A stretch of DNA of 29,018 nucleotides, taken from a virus. Both the position numbers and the translations under genes were made by a program. This document shows positions 16,446-24,588 of this stretch, one piece after another. The notes below the pieces were generated by a model. That model was not told the origin of the DNA, searched no databases, and saw nothing but the letters and a program-made list of their open reading frames with translations. The stretch's first letter is position 1, and each line of letters opens with the position of its first letter. The DNA lies in IMG/VR virus record IMGVR_UViG_3300018465_000004, positions 1-29,018 of that record. One strand, written 5' to 3'.

Positions 16446-16753
16446 ACAACTTCACCACCACCGAGACCGATCCGACCCCGTGCCCCAGCTGCGAGCGGCC
16501 CAACGAACTGCACACCGGCGAGGCGGGCCATGAACCAAAGCACGGCGACGTGTCGATCTGCTGGGGCTGCCAGCAGTTCGCCATCTTCGTCATCACCGAC
16601 GACAGCCTGACCCTGCGCCTGCCCACCGCCGAGGAACTCGACACCCTGAACAGCGACCCGAACGCGGTAGCCGCCCAGTCGGCGGTGGCCAACGCCGCCT
16701 TCGTGTCCACCGCCATGCGGATGTGGAACCCCGGGCACTTCTTCGGTGGCTGA
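16442..16753 (+). CDS. Zn-ribbon hypothetical protein (CPSC...CWGC)
   Basis: Two CxxC pairs. Confidence 0.7.
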   Translation: MNNFTTTETDPTPCPSCERPNELHTGEAGHEPKHGDVSICWGCQQFAIFVITDDSLTLRLPTAEELDTLNSDPNAVAAQSAVANAAFVSTAMRMWNPGHFFGG

Positions 16754-16976
16754 CATCGTCGAGGTCTTCCAGATACCCACCGGGCGGTGGAGCTGGGAGC
16801 GGATCAGCGGCAACTTTCAACGCCTGTCCTTCGGCACCATGACGTACGGCCGGCGCGAGGTCGCGGTACACGCTGCGATCCGGGTCAACGCACACCCGTT
16901 CGTGCTGGAGGTTGCCGCACCCGGCCCCCGCCCCACCCGACGACACCGGGAGGTGAAACCACGTGGGGACCTATAG
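16746..16976 (+). CDS. Small hypothetical protein
   Basis: Overlaps both neighbours; supplies the GGAGG RBS for the next gene. Confidence 0.55.
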   Translation: MADIVEVFQIPTGRWSWERISGNFQRLSFGTMTYGRREVAVHAAIRVNAHPFVLEVAAPGPRPTRRHREVKPRGDL

Positions 16977-17901
16977 CCAGTGGCGCACCGCCGTCGACAA
17001 GGGCGACCTGCGCAGGGTGGTCTGGATCTGCGGCGACCAGCACGTTCTCGTCGAGGAGGTGATCGACACCATCCGCGAGCACGTCAACGCAGGCGAGCTG
17101 GACTACACCAGCCTGTCCTGCGTGGACACAGCGGACCGGGACATCTGGGCTGCCGCCATGCAGTACCCGCTAACCCCCGGCGCCAGCCGGCTCCTGCTCG
17201 TCCGCGACGCCGAGAAGCTCGGCAACTGGGAACCGCTGACTGAGTGGATGGACCACTCCCGGCAGCTGCCCGGCAGCCATCTCGTGTTCGTCAGCAACGA
17301 AACCAACGTGCCGGACAAGCCGTACATCGAGGCCCTCCAGAGCCGGCGCCGGATCGGGCAGGTGGTCCGCTGCTCGCAACCCAGCCCGGAGGACGCCATC
17401 GCCTGGGTGCGTCGCCGGTCCCGGCTTGACCAGGAGATGGCCTTCCACCTGCTGCGCCGGGTCGGCGGCAACATCGCAGTGGCAGCCAGCGTCTGCACCA
17501 AGCTCACCGCCTTCGACGGCACCGCCGGGCCCGCCACCATCGACGCCCTCTGCGATCAGGAGCCCGGCCAGTCCTTCGTGGACGCCCTGATTGCCGGCGA
17601 CAAGCCGGAGGCCCTGCTCGCCGTGCCGCGGATGACCGACCGCGAGCAGGGTGCGGCCATCACCCTGCTCTCCGCCCGCCTGGACATCCTCGGCGCGCTG
17701 TGGCGCTCCTCCCGGCACGCCCAGAGCGTCCGGGACCTGCGCGGGGTGCCGGTGTTCCTGGCCAAGAAGTACCGGCACCTGGCTCGCGATTACGACCCGA
17801 ACCGCTGTGTGTATGCGCGACGTGTCGTAGCGGTAGTAGATGAGGCGTACCGAAGTGGCGCGCGAGTCGGTGTCCTGGAGGCATTGGTGGCGCTGTGGTG
17901 A
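16963..17901 (+). CDS. holA: DNA polymerase III delta-like clamp-loader subunit
   Basis: VVWICGDQHVLVEEVIDTIRE...QYPLTPGASRLLLVRDAEKL N-domain; LLRRVGGNIAVAASVCTKL; FVDALIAGD. Confidence 0.78.
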   Translation: MGTYSQWRTAVDKGDLRRVVWICGDQHVLVEEVIDTIREHVNAGELDYTSLSCVDTADRDIWAAAMQYPLTPGASRLLLVRDAEKLGNWEPLTEWMDHSRQLPGSHLVFVSNETNVPDKPYIEALQSRRRIGQVVRCSQPSPEDAIAWVRRRSRLDQEMAFHLLRRVGGNIAVAASVCTKLTAFDGTAGPATIDALCDQEPGQSFVDALIAGDKPEALLAVPRMTDREQGAAITLLSARLDILGALWRSSRHAQSVRDLRGVPVFLAKKYRHLARDYDPNRCVYARRVVAVVDEAYRSGARVGVLEALVALW

Positions 17902-18140
17902 GCCAAGGCGGTGACTGGTCCTGTGTGTTCGGGTGCCGGTTCACCGGTGACCCCATCGAGCACCACCGGGAGGTCCACGGAATCGGCTCTGACCTCGACG
18001 ACGAGACCTGCGACTGTGTGTGCCGGTGTGACCGGTTCAACACCTACCAGATGCTCGGCATGTTGGTGCTGTGCATCGCATCGCTGGTGTTCGCCTCGTT
18101 CGTCATGACCGATGGATGGGGTCTTATCAATGACTGTTGA
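17898..18140 (+). CDS. Small Cys-rich membrane protein
   Basis: GTGA overlap; C-terminal hydrophobic segment. Confidence 0.5.
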   Translation: MSQGGDWSCVFGCRFTGDPIEHHREVHGIGSDLDDETCDCVCRCDRFNTYQMLGMLVLCIASLVFASFVMTDGWGLINDC

Positions 18141-18597
18141 ACAGCCCGACCCGTGCCGCGCCGTCGTCGACCGCCGCGAGCAGCTGGCCGCCGAACCCCG
18201 ACCGCGGCCGGTGATGGTGACCACGACGGACACCGTCGAGATGGACATGTTCCGGCTCTACCGTCGCGAGTGGACCATCATGTACACCGCGGCCGTCAAC
18301 GACAACGGTTACCAGGACGCCGATCTGCTCCCGGCCTGCCGGACCCACTTCGAGACCACGTTCGCCGGCCGGGTACGGGATGAGGACGTCCGCTACGAGC
18401 TGGTCGACGAGGGCACTGCGGGCGTCCGCGGACGGCTGCTGCTGCGCCTGCCAGTCCTCAAAGGCGAGTTCAAGCACGCCACCGCCGCGTTCGACTGGGC
18501 CGTCGAGCAGGGCTGGGACGACGTGATGATCGTTCCCCGCAACTCGGCGATCGATCACAACCTGCGCAGCTACAGCATCAAGAAACTTCCGGCGTGA
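18130..18597 (+). CDS. Hypothetical protein
   Basis: GC3 bias; overlap coupling. Confidence 0.65.
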   Translation: MTVEQPDPCRAVVDRREQLAAEPRPRPVMVTTTDTVEMDMFRLYRREWTIMYTAAVNDNGYQDADLLPACRTHFETTFAGRVRDEDVRYELVDEGTAGVRGRLLLRLPVLKGEFKHATAAFDWAVEQGWDDVMIVPRNSAIDHNLRSYSIKKLPA

Positions 18598-18606
18598 GTC
18601 TCTCCG

Positions 18607-18876
18607 ATGAGTGAGTACCCGTCCGTGCAGGACATCATCGACGACATGGTCGGCCTCCAGGAGGTCGCCCAGGAGCTGGGCGTCGGGATGTACCGGCTCA
18701 AGCGCTGGATCGACCGGCGGGAGAGCACCAACTGCCCGAGGCCGGTCAAGAAGCTCGGCCAGGGCAACCTCTACTCCTTGGCCGACTGGAAAGGCTGGTT
18801 CGCATGGTGGCGAGTGACCCGGGGCAGCGAGACCTGGAACCGTGGCAAGGAAAAGAAGTCCAGCGACAGTGGATGA
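18607..18876 (+). CDS. MerR/AlpA-like HTH DNA-binding protein (excisionase-like fold)
   Basis: MVGLQEVAQELGV...RWIDRR...PRPV...LYSLADWKGW. Confidence 0.75.
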   Translation: MSEYPSVQDIIDDMVGLQEVAQELGVGMYRLKRWIDRRESTNCPRPVKKLGQGNLYSLADWKGWFAWWRVTRGSETWNRGKEKKSSDSG

Positions 18877-19046
18877 GGACGCTCACCATCTGGATCGACC
18901 GGTACAAGGATGCACTCGCCCTGGTGCGCCGGCAGGAGGCACAGATCGACGTCCTGAAGATGGTCTTCGACGAAGTCATGGACCTGCTGTCGCCCGAACA
19001 GCTGAACCAGGTCGAAGCGATCCTGCGGCGCCAGCCCGATCCGTAA
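18873..19046 (+). CDS. Small coiled-coil protein, 57 aa
   Basis: ATGA overlap. Confidence 0.55.
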   Translation: MRTLTIWIDRYKDALALVRRQEAQIDVLKMVFDEVMDLLSPEQLNQVEAILRRQPDP

Positions 19047-19132
19047 TGTCGGGAACAGAAGCGGGACCCCCGAGAAGAAGGGCCATGCCGATGACCTAGC
19101 ACAACGATCGCCTCCAAACGGCTGCATTGGCA

Positions 19133-19173
19133 GAGCCCCGCGCGAATCGACCCCCCGTCAGCGCGCGGGGCTC
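19133..19173. terminator. Inverted repeat between convergent genes
   Basis: GAGCCCCGCGCG-N17-CGCGCGGGGCTC. Confidence 0.6.
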
Positions 19174-19181
19174 GTCCATGT

Positions 19182-19484
19182 TCAGCGCCGCGTCGGTACC
19201 CCGGCAGGCGCCTGCGGAGCGGGGTCGTCCCGCGAGGACACTCCCAGGTAGAGCGCCACCGAGACGCCCATGACCACCACCGCCACCTTGAACGCCCGCC
19301 TGGTCCGCTGCCATGCCGTCCGGCGCATCCCCGGCAGCAGCTTCCTCGCACCGAAGTAGCTCTTCCAGGCCCCGTACGCCCAGGTCAGAACAACTCCCAG
19401 CAACAGGAACAGCACAGCGGTGAGTACATGCGACGACGTGAGCAGCGGATCCACTCCACCCACAGTAGTCAGATGATCACTCAA
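19182..19484 (-). CDS. Two-TM membrane protein
   Basis: Two hydrophobic helices separated by a basic loop. Confidence 0.6.
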   Translation of the reverse strand: MSDHLTTVGGVDPLLTSSHVLTAVLFLLLGVVLTWAYGAWKSYFGARKLLPGMRRTAWQRTRRAFKVAVVVMGVSVALYLGVSSRDDPAPQAPAGVPTRR

Positions 19485-19597
19485 TGGAAGTGACCTTCAC
19501 CCATTCGGGGGATCGGACAAAGTTCACCGGCGGACAACAGACCGATCTCAGTAACGTCGCAGACGCCTCGGAAGTACACACGGTTCCAACCCACAGG

Positions 19598-19631
19598 CGA
19601 GCGGCCCATCCCGATCGGGATGGGCCGCTCG
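19598..19631. terminator. Perfect 34-bp palindrome
   Basis: CGAGCGGCCCATCCCGATCGGGATGGGCCGCTCG, 22 nt past the stop of 19654..20415(-). Confidence 0.7.
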
Positions 19632-19653
19632 TTTGTTCCCGCAGAGATCAGGT

Positions 19654-20415
19654 CTAAAGGAAGGCCGGTAGTTCCTCGTCATCGGCAATCGGAACCGCAG
19701 GCTCGCCGGTGGGGTGGCAGTTCAGCATCGGGGCCCTCGCCCACGCACGCATCAGCCAATGGCGGTTGACGCGCTTCTTGCCCGAGTCCCACCACGAAGT
19801 GCTGTCCAGGTCGGTACTCCAGCCCAGCAGCCAGGTCTCCAGGTCACCATTCACCAGCAGGTCACCGATGACGTTGCACTGCTCACAGCAGATCGGGCAG
19901 CAGCCCGCCAACCGCAAGTCGTTGGGATTGGAGTCGGGACTGTCGAACCACAGGTGATCCAGCGCGGCGTGCACAAGCTGCCCGATCCGACGCCGCTGGA
20001 GATCGGTCATCCTGGTGATGTCGCCCGGCCGGCGGTAGCCGTACATGGCGAACGGCGCGGCGGGAAAGTCGATGGTGCGCGGCAGCCGCTCCCACCAGTC
20101 GTACGGGTGGTCCCGGTAGAACTGGTACAGCCAGCCGAGGAACGGCTCGAAGAGCGGGCAGACCCAGATCTGCTTCTTGTTGAGGTCGGCCCTGGCGAAC
20201 CCGCCGAGGACGAACTTCGCCCCTTCGCCGGTCTGGAGGTCAAACAACCAGACATGCTCGGCAGTCCACCCAAGGCTGCGGAGGAGCTGGCTGCTCTCGT
20301 TGCCCGGGTACAGGCCCGGCTCCGTCCACTCGGCGTCGGTGTACAGGCCGACGCCGAACTTGCCGTAGTTCCCCCTTCCGGGGCCGTGGCCAGCCTCGAT
20401 GATCTTCAGTTCCAC
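19654..20415 (-). CDS. Two-domain phage hypothetical protein
   Basis: GAAAGG RBS; N-domain DLQTGEGA...WVCPLFEPFL; C-domain GCCPICCEQC. Confidence 0.75.
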   Translation of the reverse strand: MELKIIEAGHGPGRGNYGKFGVGLYTDAEWTEPGLYPGNESSQLLRSLGWTAEHVWLFDLQTGEGAKFVLGGFARADLNKKQIWVCPLFEPFLGWLYQFYRDHPYDWWERLPRTIDFPAAPFAMYGYRRPGDITRMTDLQRRRIGQLVHAALDHLWFDSPDSNPNDLRLAGCCPICCEQCNVIGDLLVNGDLETWLLGWSTDLDSTSWWDSGKKRVNRHWLMRAWARAPMLNCHPTGEPAVPIADDEELPAFL

Positions 20416-20440
20416 AGTGGACCTTTCTAGCCGCGGGCAG

Positions 20441-20695
20441 TCATGACTGGTCAGACTGACGGGCTGCTGTGCGTTCCTTGTTCCAGTCTCGGGCGACGGG
20501 CTGGATGACCTTGATGAACAACAGGGTGAGCAGCGCTCCGACCACCAGACCGGTATTGAACTCGCCCAGGCGGTGGCGAAGCGTCAGGAGCACAGCGAGC
20601 AGGACGAGGTAGATCAGCAGCACCGCGGCCGTAGGCCGCAGCCAGAACGTGATCTTGTTCAGAAGCCTAATCACGGAGCGCTGCCACCTTCTCAA
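20441..20695 (-). CDS. Two-TM membrane protein
   Basis: Hydrophobic helices. Confidence 0.6.
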   Translation of the reverse strand: MRRWQRSVIRLLNKITFWLRPTAAVLLIYLVLLAVLLTLRHRLGEFNTGLVVGALLTLLFIKVIQPVARDWNKERTAARQSDQS

Positions 20696-21302
20696 CGGGC
20701 CAGCCGATGTACCCGGCCACCTCTTCAGTCGGGACGCCTGGTGTGCTCACCCACTCCTGCACCGCGATGGCAAGGCCGGGCGGGAGCCCGTCGGGTATCT
20801 CCACCTCGACCTCCTCGGGCTCGACTCCGTCGATGTGGAGCCAGAGCCCATCCGGGTCAAGCTGCTGAACGATGGCGTCGTACTCGTCATTCGTGCCGCC
20901 GCCTTCGGCGATGAGCGCCCCCGTGCGCCAGTCGGTGATCTTCCATTGCTCGTCCGGGTCCTCGGTGACGTCGATGAGCCGACGACCCGCGGCCTCCAGC
21001 TCGGCCACCTTCGCGGCGTGCGCATCGTGGTAGACGCCGTTGGCCTCCAGCAGCCTGATGACGTACTCGTGGATCGGGTCTTCTGTTGAGCCGGTCGTGA
21101 TGAGCGTCGGCTCTCCAGCCGGCCGCTTGGCTGTCCTTCGGCTGAGGTCGCTCAGTACGGCGGCCACGAACAGGACCATGGCGATCCCCACGGTCACCCC
21201 GTGGTTGAAGTGGTCGTATACCAGTCCGCCCACGACGATGGCACTCGTCAGTCCGAGGAAGCTCAGCACAATGGTGAGCAGCCACCGGTCCCGGTGTGAC
21301 AT
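20667..21302 (-). CDS. Membrane-anchored protein (2 TM plus acidic domain)
   Basis: GGAG RBS before ATG 21302 (MSHRDRWLL...). Confidence 0.6.
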   Translation of the reverse strand: MSHRDRWLLTIVLSFLGLTSAIVVGGLVYDHFNHGVTVGIAMVLFVAAVLSDLSRRTAKRPAGEPTLITTGSTEDPIHEYVIRLLEANGVYHDAHAAKVAELEAAGRRLIDVTEDPDEQWKITDWRTGALIAEGGGTNDEYDAIVQQLDPDGLWLHIDGVEPEEVEVEIPDGLPPGLAIAVQEWVSTPGVPTEEVAGYIGWPVEKVAALRD

Positions 21303-21324
21303 TGCATCTCCAGCCGCTATGAGG

Positions 21325-21372
21325 GGTAGCGGCACTGCGTCCATCCCATGAACGTATCGCAGTGCCGCTACC
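21325..21372. promoter_or_regulatory. 15-bp inverted repeat in a divergent intergenic region
   Basis: GGTAGCGGCACTGCG-N18-CGCAGTGCCGCTACC. Confidence 0.5.
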
Positions 21373-21434
21373 ACTGTCAGTGATTCCACTAACGAGTGTC
21401 GCTTGCATACGTTCGTAGACGTATACTTGGCGAC

Positions 21435-21662
21435 GTGATCGATCGCGACAGCCCAATGACCTTCGTCGAGCAGATCGCGCGGGAACTAGCGCGACGGATC
21501 GACGAAGGTATCTACACAGGCAGGCTGCCGACCGAACCCGAGCTGATGTTCGAGAGCGGGTGCGCCAGGTCGACCGTCGGAAAAGCCGTGGGACGGCTTG
21601 TCGCCGCCGGCATCGTCGTAAGGTCCAAGCGGGGGACCTTCGTCAAGAAGCAGGAACCGTAG
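21435..21662 (+). CDS. Stand-alone GntR-family winged-HTH regulator
   Basis: EQIARELARRI..G...RLPTEPEL......RSTVGKAVGRL...GIV...RGTFV; TATACT ends 7 nt before the GTG, suggesting a leaderless mRNA. Confidence 0.85.
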   Translation: MIDRDSPMTFVEQIARELARRIDEGIYTGRLPTEPELMFESGCARSTVGKAVGRLVAAGIVVRSKRGTFVKKQEP

Positions 21663-21667
21663 CCGGC

Positions 21668-22090
21668 CTAGGCTGGCGAGGTTGCCAGTTCGGGGTCCAC
21701 CTCTTCGAAATCAGGGTCCACCTCTTCGAACTCCAGGGCTAGCATGCCCGCATCGCGGTCGCTCCGGTCGGGGTCCGCGATCCCGGTGAGGAGGTACTCC
21801 TTGTCGGCCCGGAAGATGAAGTGCCCGCCGCAGGCCGGATCCAGGTCATTGGCCGGAGAGATGCTGATCCGCCAGCCGCCGTACCCGAGCCTGCGGGCCT
21901 GCCCGGCGACGAGCCACAAGTCGTCCCAGTTGGTGACAGGCATCGGCGTCCAGCCCTCAAGTCCTTCCGCTTCTGCCTTCTCCGTCCACTCCAGCTCGGT
22001 GTACAAGATCTTCAGGCGCTGCTCGTCGCGTTCCCCATCCGGCTTCGCCTCCTCCGCCTTGATCTCTTCGCGGATTGAATCCGATGTCAC
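21668..22090 (-). CDS. Acidic hypothetical protein
   Basis: GGAGG RBS before GTG 22090. Confidence 0.6.
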   Translation of the reverse strand: MTSDSIREEIKAEEAKPDGERDEQRLKILYTELEWTEKAEAEGLEGWTPMPVTNWDDLWLVAGQARRLGYGGWRISISPANDLDPACGGHFIFRADKEYLLTGIADPDRSDRDAGMLALEFEEVDPDFEEVDPELATSPA

Positions 22091-22128
22091 GTGTTCCTCC
22101 CCATCGATGTGTCTACTGTGGAGCAGGC

Positions 22129-22380
22129 TCAGTTCAAGCCTGCCGAAGATTCGGTTAGCCAGCGCAGCCACCCCAGGAACCGGTAGTACATGTCCCCGCA
22201 GGGCTCGGCCGGCAGGTCTTGCACGGCTTCGATGAACAGCGAGCCCATCATGAGGAACAAAGTGATCCGGGCCGAGCCTGGGAACTCCGCCAAGAGTTGC
22301 GCCCGCCGGGTGTCACATGGCCATGGATGCCCGCAGTCCATACACGTCCAGTTCGGCCGTTCGTAACGGTGTGCGCTCAT
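22129..22380 (-). CDS. Small H...WxCxxCxxxWPC protein of actinomycete XRE/DUF397-associated cassettes
   Basis: HRYERPNWTCMDCGHPWPC...YYRFLGW. Confidence 0.7.
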   Translation of the reverse strand: MSAHRYERPNWTCMDCGHPWPCDTRRAQLLAEFPGSARITLFLMMGSLFIEAVQDLPAEPCGDMYYRFLGWLRWLTESSAGLN

Positions 22381-22490
22381 GACGACATCCACTCGCCCAC
22401 AACCAGGCCCACGGCGAGGGCCAGGAGATGCAGAACCAGCAGCACGGTGCGGAACAGGTCCCGTGCAGAGTCGTTCGGGATGACGGCCAT
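22377..22490 (-). CDS. 37-aa single-TM peptide (MAVIPNDSARDLFRTVLLVLHLLALAVGLVVGEWMSS)
   Basis: TGATG and ATGA coupling on both sides; not in the track. Confidence 0.55.
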   Translation of the reverse strand: MAVIPNDSARDLFRTVLLVLHLLALAVGLVVGEWMSS

Positions 22491-22792
22491 CAACTGTTCC
22501 GAACCAGCTTCAGGCCGGGCTCCGCCGTGATCCTCCTGGCGTGAAGGGGCGTCAGGTGGCGTGCGGCCCGGGTCTGGTCAAGCGGTACACGCATCACCAG
22601 GAACGGCGGCTGCTGCACCGGGATCCCGGTGAAGGGGTCGAGGACGACACCCCGGATATGGACCGCTGTACGGGCCTCGTCGGCGAACCCGAGCAGGTCG
22701 ACCACCCGCAGCGGGAAGCCGGCGGCCTGATGGGCGAGCCGCCATTGCTCGGGCCAGATCCACAACTCTGTCCCCGTGGCGATCTCATCCAT
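22490..22792 (-). CDS. Hypothetical protein
   Basis: AGGAG RBS before ATG 22792. Confidence 0.6.
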   Translation of the reverse strand: MDEIATGTELWIWPEQWRLAHQAAGFPLRVVDLLGFADEARTAVHIRGVVLDPFTGIPVQQPPFLVMRVPLDQTRAARHLTPLHARRITAEPGLKLVRNS

Positions 22793-23058
22793 GACCGTGA
22801 CTCCTGAAGCTGGGTGTGGGGGGCGCACCGGCCGCTTCGAGGGGGCGGAGTCGGCCGCCGTCTAGGACGGGGAGCTTCGTCCCAGAAACGACCGGTGCGC
22901 GTCCATTTGCCGTCAGCCACAGCTCGGATCTTGTCACTACCCGTGGCCGGTGTCCGGCATGCAGTGAGGCTCCCACACCAAATCTGCATTCGCAAGTATC
23001 CTCATCGAATCGATGAAGCAGTTTGCCGAGCGCAACTCAAACGGGGGACACTGCCGGC

Positions 23059-23916
23059 ATGGCGACCAAGGCGAGCCCGACCCTGCGCAGACGACAGCTC
23101 GGCCGCGAACTCAAGGCTGCGCGCGAAACTTCCAGCCTGACGCCGCAGGACGCGGCCGACGTCCTCAGCGCGAGCGTGTCCACTGTGTACCGGATCGAGT
23201 CCGGCGGAGTCGGCCTCAAGGCGATCGAGCTGACCGCGCTGCTCGACCGGTACGGCATCACCGACCAGGAGGTGCGGACGCGCCTCGAACGCCTCCGTGC
23301 CGAGGGCCGGCAGCGCGGCTGGTGGTCCGGCTACCGCTCCGCCCTCAAGCCGAGCTACCAGACCTACATCGGCCTGGAGGACAGCGCCGTCGCGATCCGC
23401 AGCTTCGCCGGCATCGTCATCCCCGGCCCGTTGCAGACCGCCGCGTACGCCCGTGCCGTCATGATGACGGCGCAGCCTCCGCTCACGGACCCGGTGATCA
23501 GTCAGCGCGTCGAGGTTCGGATGCAGCGGCAGGGGCTCATCACCCGAGCTGAGGAACCGCTGCGCTTCCACGTCGTGCTCGATGAGGCCGCCGTACAGCG
23601 CCGGGTCGGCGGCGACGCCGTCTGGCAGGCCCAGCTTGAACATCTCGTCGAGCTGGCCAAGCTGCGGCACATCACCGTCCAGGTGCTGCCGTTCGACGTC
23701 GGCACCTTCGCCGAGTCAGCCGGCGAGTTCAGCATCCTGGACTTCGACGAAGGAGGTCCAGTTGCGTACGTAGAGTCACTCTCGGGTGATCTGTACGCTG
23801 AAGGCGATGGCGTCGAACGCTTCCTCCTTCACTTCGACGCGCTGCGCACGGCGGCCTTACCACCGACCAGGTCCGTTGGCATGATCGAGGGGCTGTTGCA
23901 CAGCGAGGAACCCTAG
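23059..23916 (+). CDS. XRE-family HTH plus DUF5753 regulator (WhiJ/Scr1-like)
   Basis: SPTLRRRQLGRELKAARE, HTH, RGWWSGY, YIGLE, IPGPLQTAAYARA, VLDEAAV, VQVLPF, VAYVESL. Confidence 0.93.
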   Translation: MATKASPTLRRRQLGRELKAARETSSLTPQDAADVLSASVSTVYRIESGGVGLKAIELTALLDRYGITDQEVRTRLERLRAEGRQRGWWSGYRSALKPSYQTYIGLEDSAVAIRSFAGIVIPGPLQTAAYARAVMMTAQPPLTDPVISQRVEVRMQRQGLITRAEEPLRFHVVLDEAAVQRRVGGDAVWQAQLEHLVELAKLRHITVQVLPFDVGTFAESAGEFSILDFDEGGPVAYVESLSGDLYAEGDGVERFLLHFDALRTAALPPTRSVGMIEGLLHSEEP

Positions 23917-23926
23917 GGAGCACACG

Positions 23927-24121
23927 GTGGCACTGAACAGAATGATGAAGAAGAGCACGCGCAGTAACACCGATGGCGCGTGCGTCCGGGCCGGCTATGC
24001 CGATCCGGACTGCCGGACCGTCGCGATCGACGACTCCAAGAACCCAGGACCCCAACTGGTCGTCTCCGTTGCCGCGTTCGGCGACCTTCTCGACCGGATC
24101 AAGGAGGGCGAGCTGAGCTAG
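23927..24121 (+). CDS. DUF397 protein (BldB/Scr2-like)
   Basis: KSTRS...ACV...VAIDDSKNPGP; sits directly after the XRE gene. Confidence 0.85.
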   Translation: MALNRMMKKSTRSNTDGACVRAGYADPDCRTVAIDDSKNPGPQLVVSVAAFGDLLDRIKEGELS

Positions 24122-24135
24122 ACCGCCCAGCCCGA

Positions 24136-24179
24136 CACAGCCCCCGCCGCGGAAGTCGGTCCGCACGGCGGGGGCTGTG
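24136..24179 (+). terminator. GC-rich hairpin after DUF397
   Basis: CACAGCCCCCGCCG-N16-CGGCGGGGGCTGTG. Confidence 0.7.
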
Positions 24180-24216
24180 CCGTTACCAGGGTCGGAGCGC
24201 CTCGTTAGGCACCCCG

Positions 24217-24588
24217 ATGACTATCAAGCCTCTATCCCGACGCGCACTGGCCCGAGCCGTGGGCTACATGCTGGTCTACGGCGGCATCATCGGCGGCATC
24301 CCCGCCGACCTTCAGCGCTACATCGACCCGGAGAAGTTCAAGACGGCCGAGGGCTTGGCGCTTCCAATGCCCAGCATCGAGCACACGCTGACCAAATGTC
24401 ATGCCTGCCGGGAGGACACCTGGGTCGGCCCTGGACAGCTCAAGACGTCCACCGAAAGCGATATACCGATCGTCTGCTACTTCTGCATGAGCGCCGGGCT
24501 GGTGATCATCGGCAGCGAGGAGCAGCCCGTCCACGTCCAGCCGGTCCCGGTACGACCTGAAACTGACGAGGTCCCGCGCCGCACATGA
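24217..24588 (+). CDS. Zn-finger hypothetical protein
   Basis: CHAC...CYFC. Confidence 0.6.
   Translation: MTIKPLSRRALARAVGYMLVYGGIIGGIPADLQRYIDPEKFKTAEGLALPMPSIEHTLTKCHACREDTWVGPGQLKTSTESDIPIVCYFCMSAGLVIIGSEEQPVHVQPVPVRPETDEVPRRT

Noticed and set aside
21693-21730. Direct repeat GGGTCCACCTCTTCGAA x2
   Set aside because: In-frame 21-nt coding duplication (FEEVDP twice); not CRISPR or att-like
23059-24121. Toxin-antitoxin call for the XRE/DUF397 pair
   Set aside because: This pair is often annotated as TA, but nothing in the sequence shows toxicity; treated as a regulator pair
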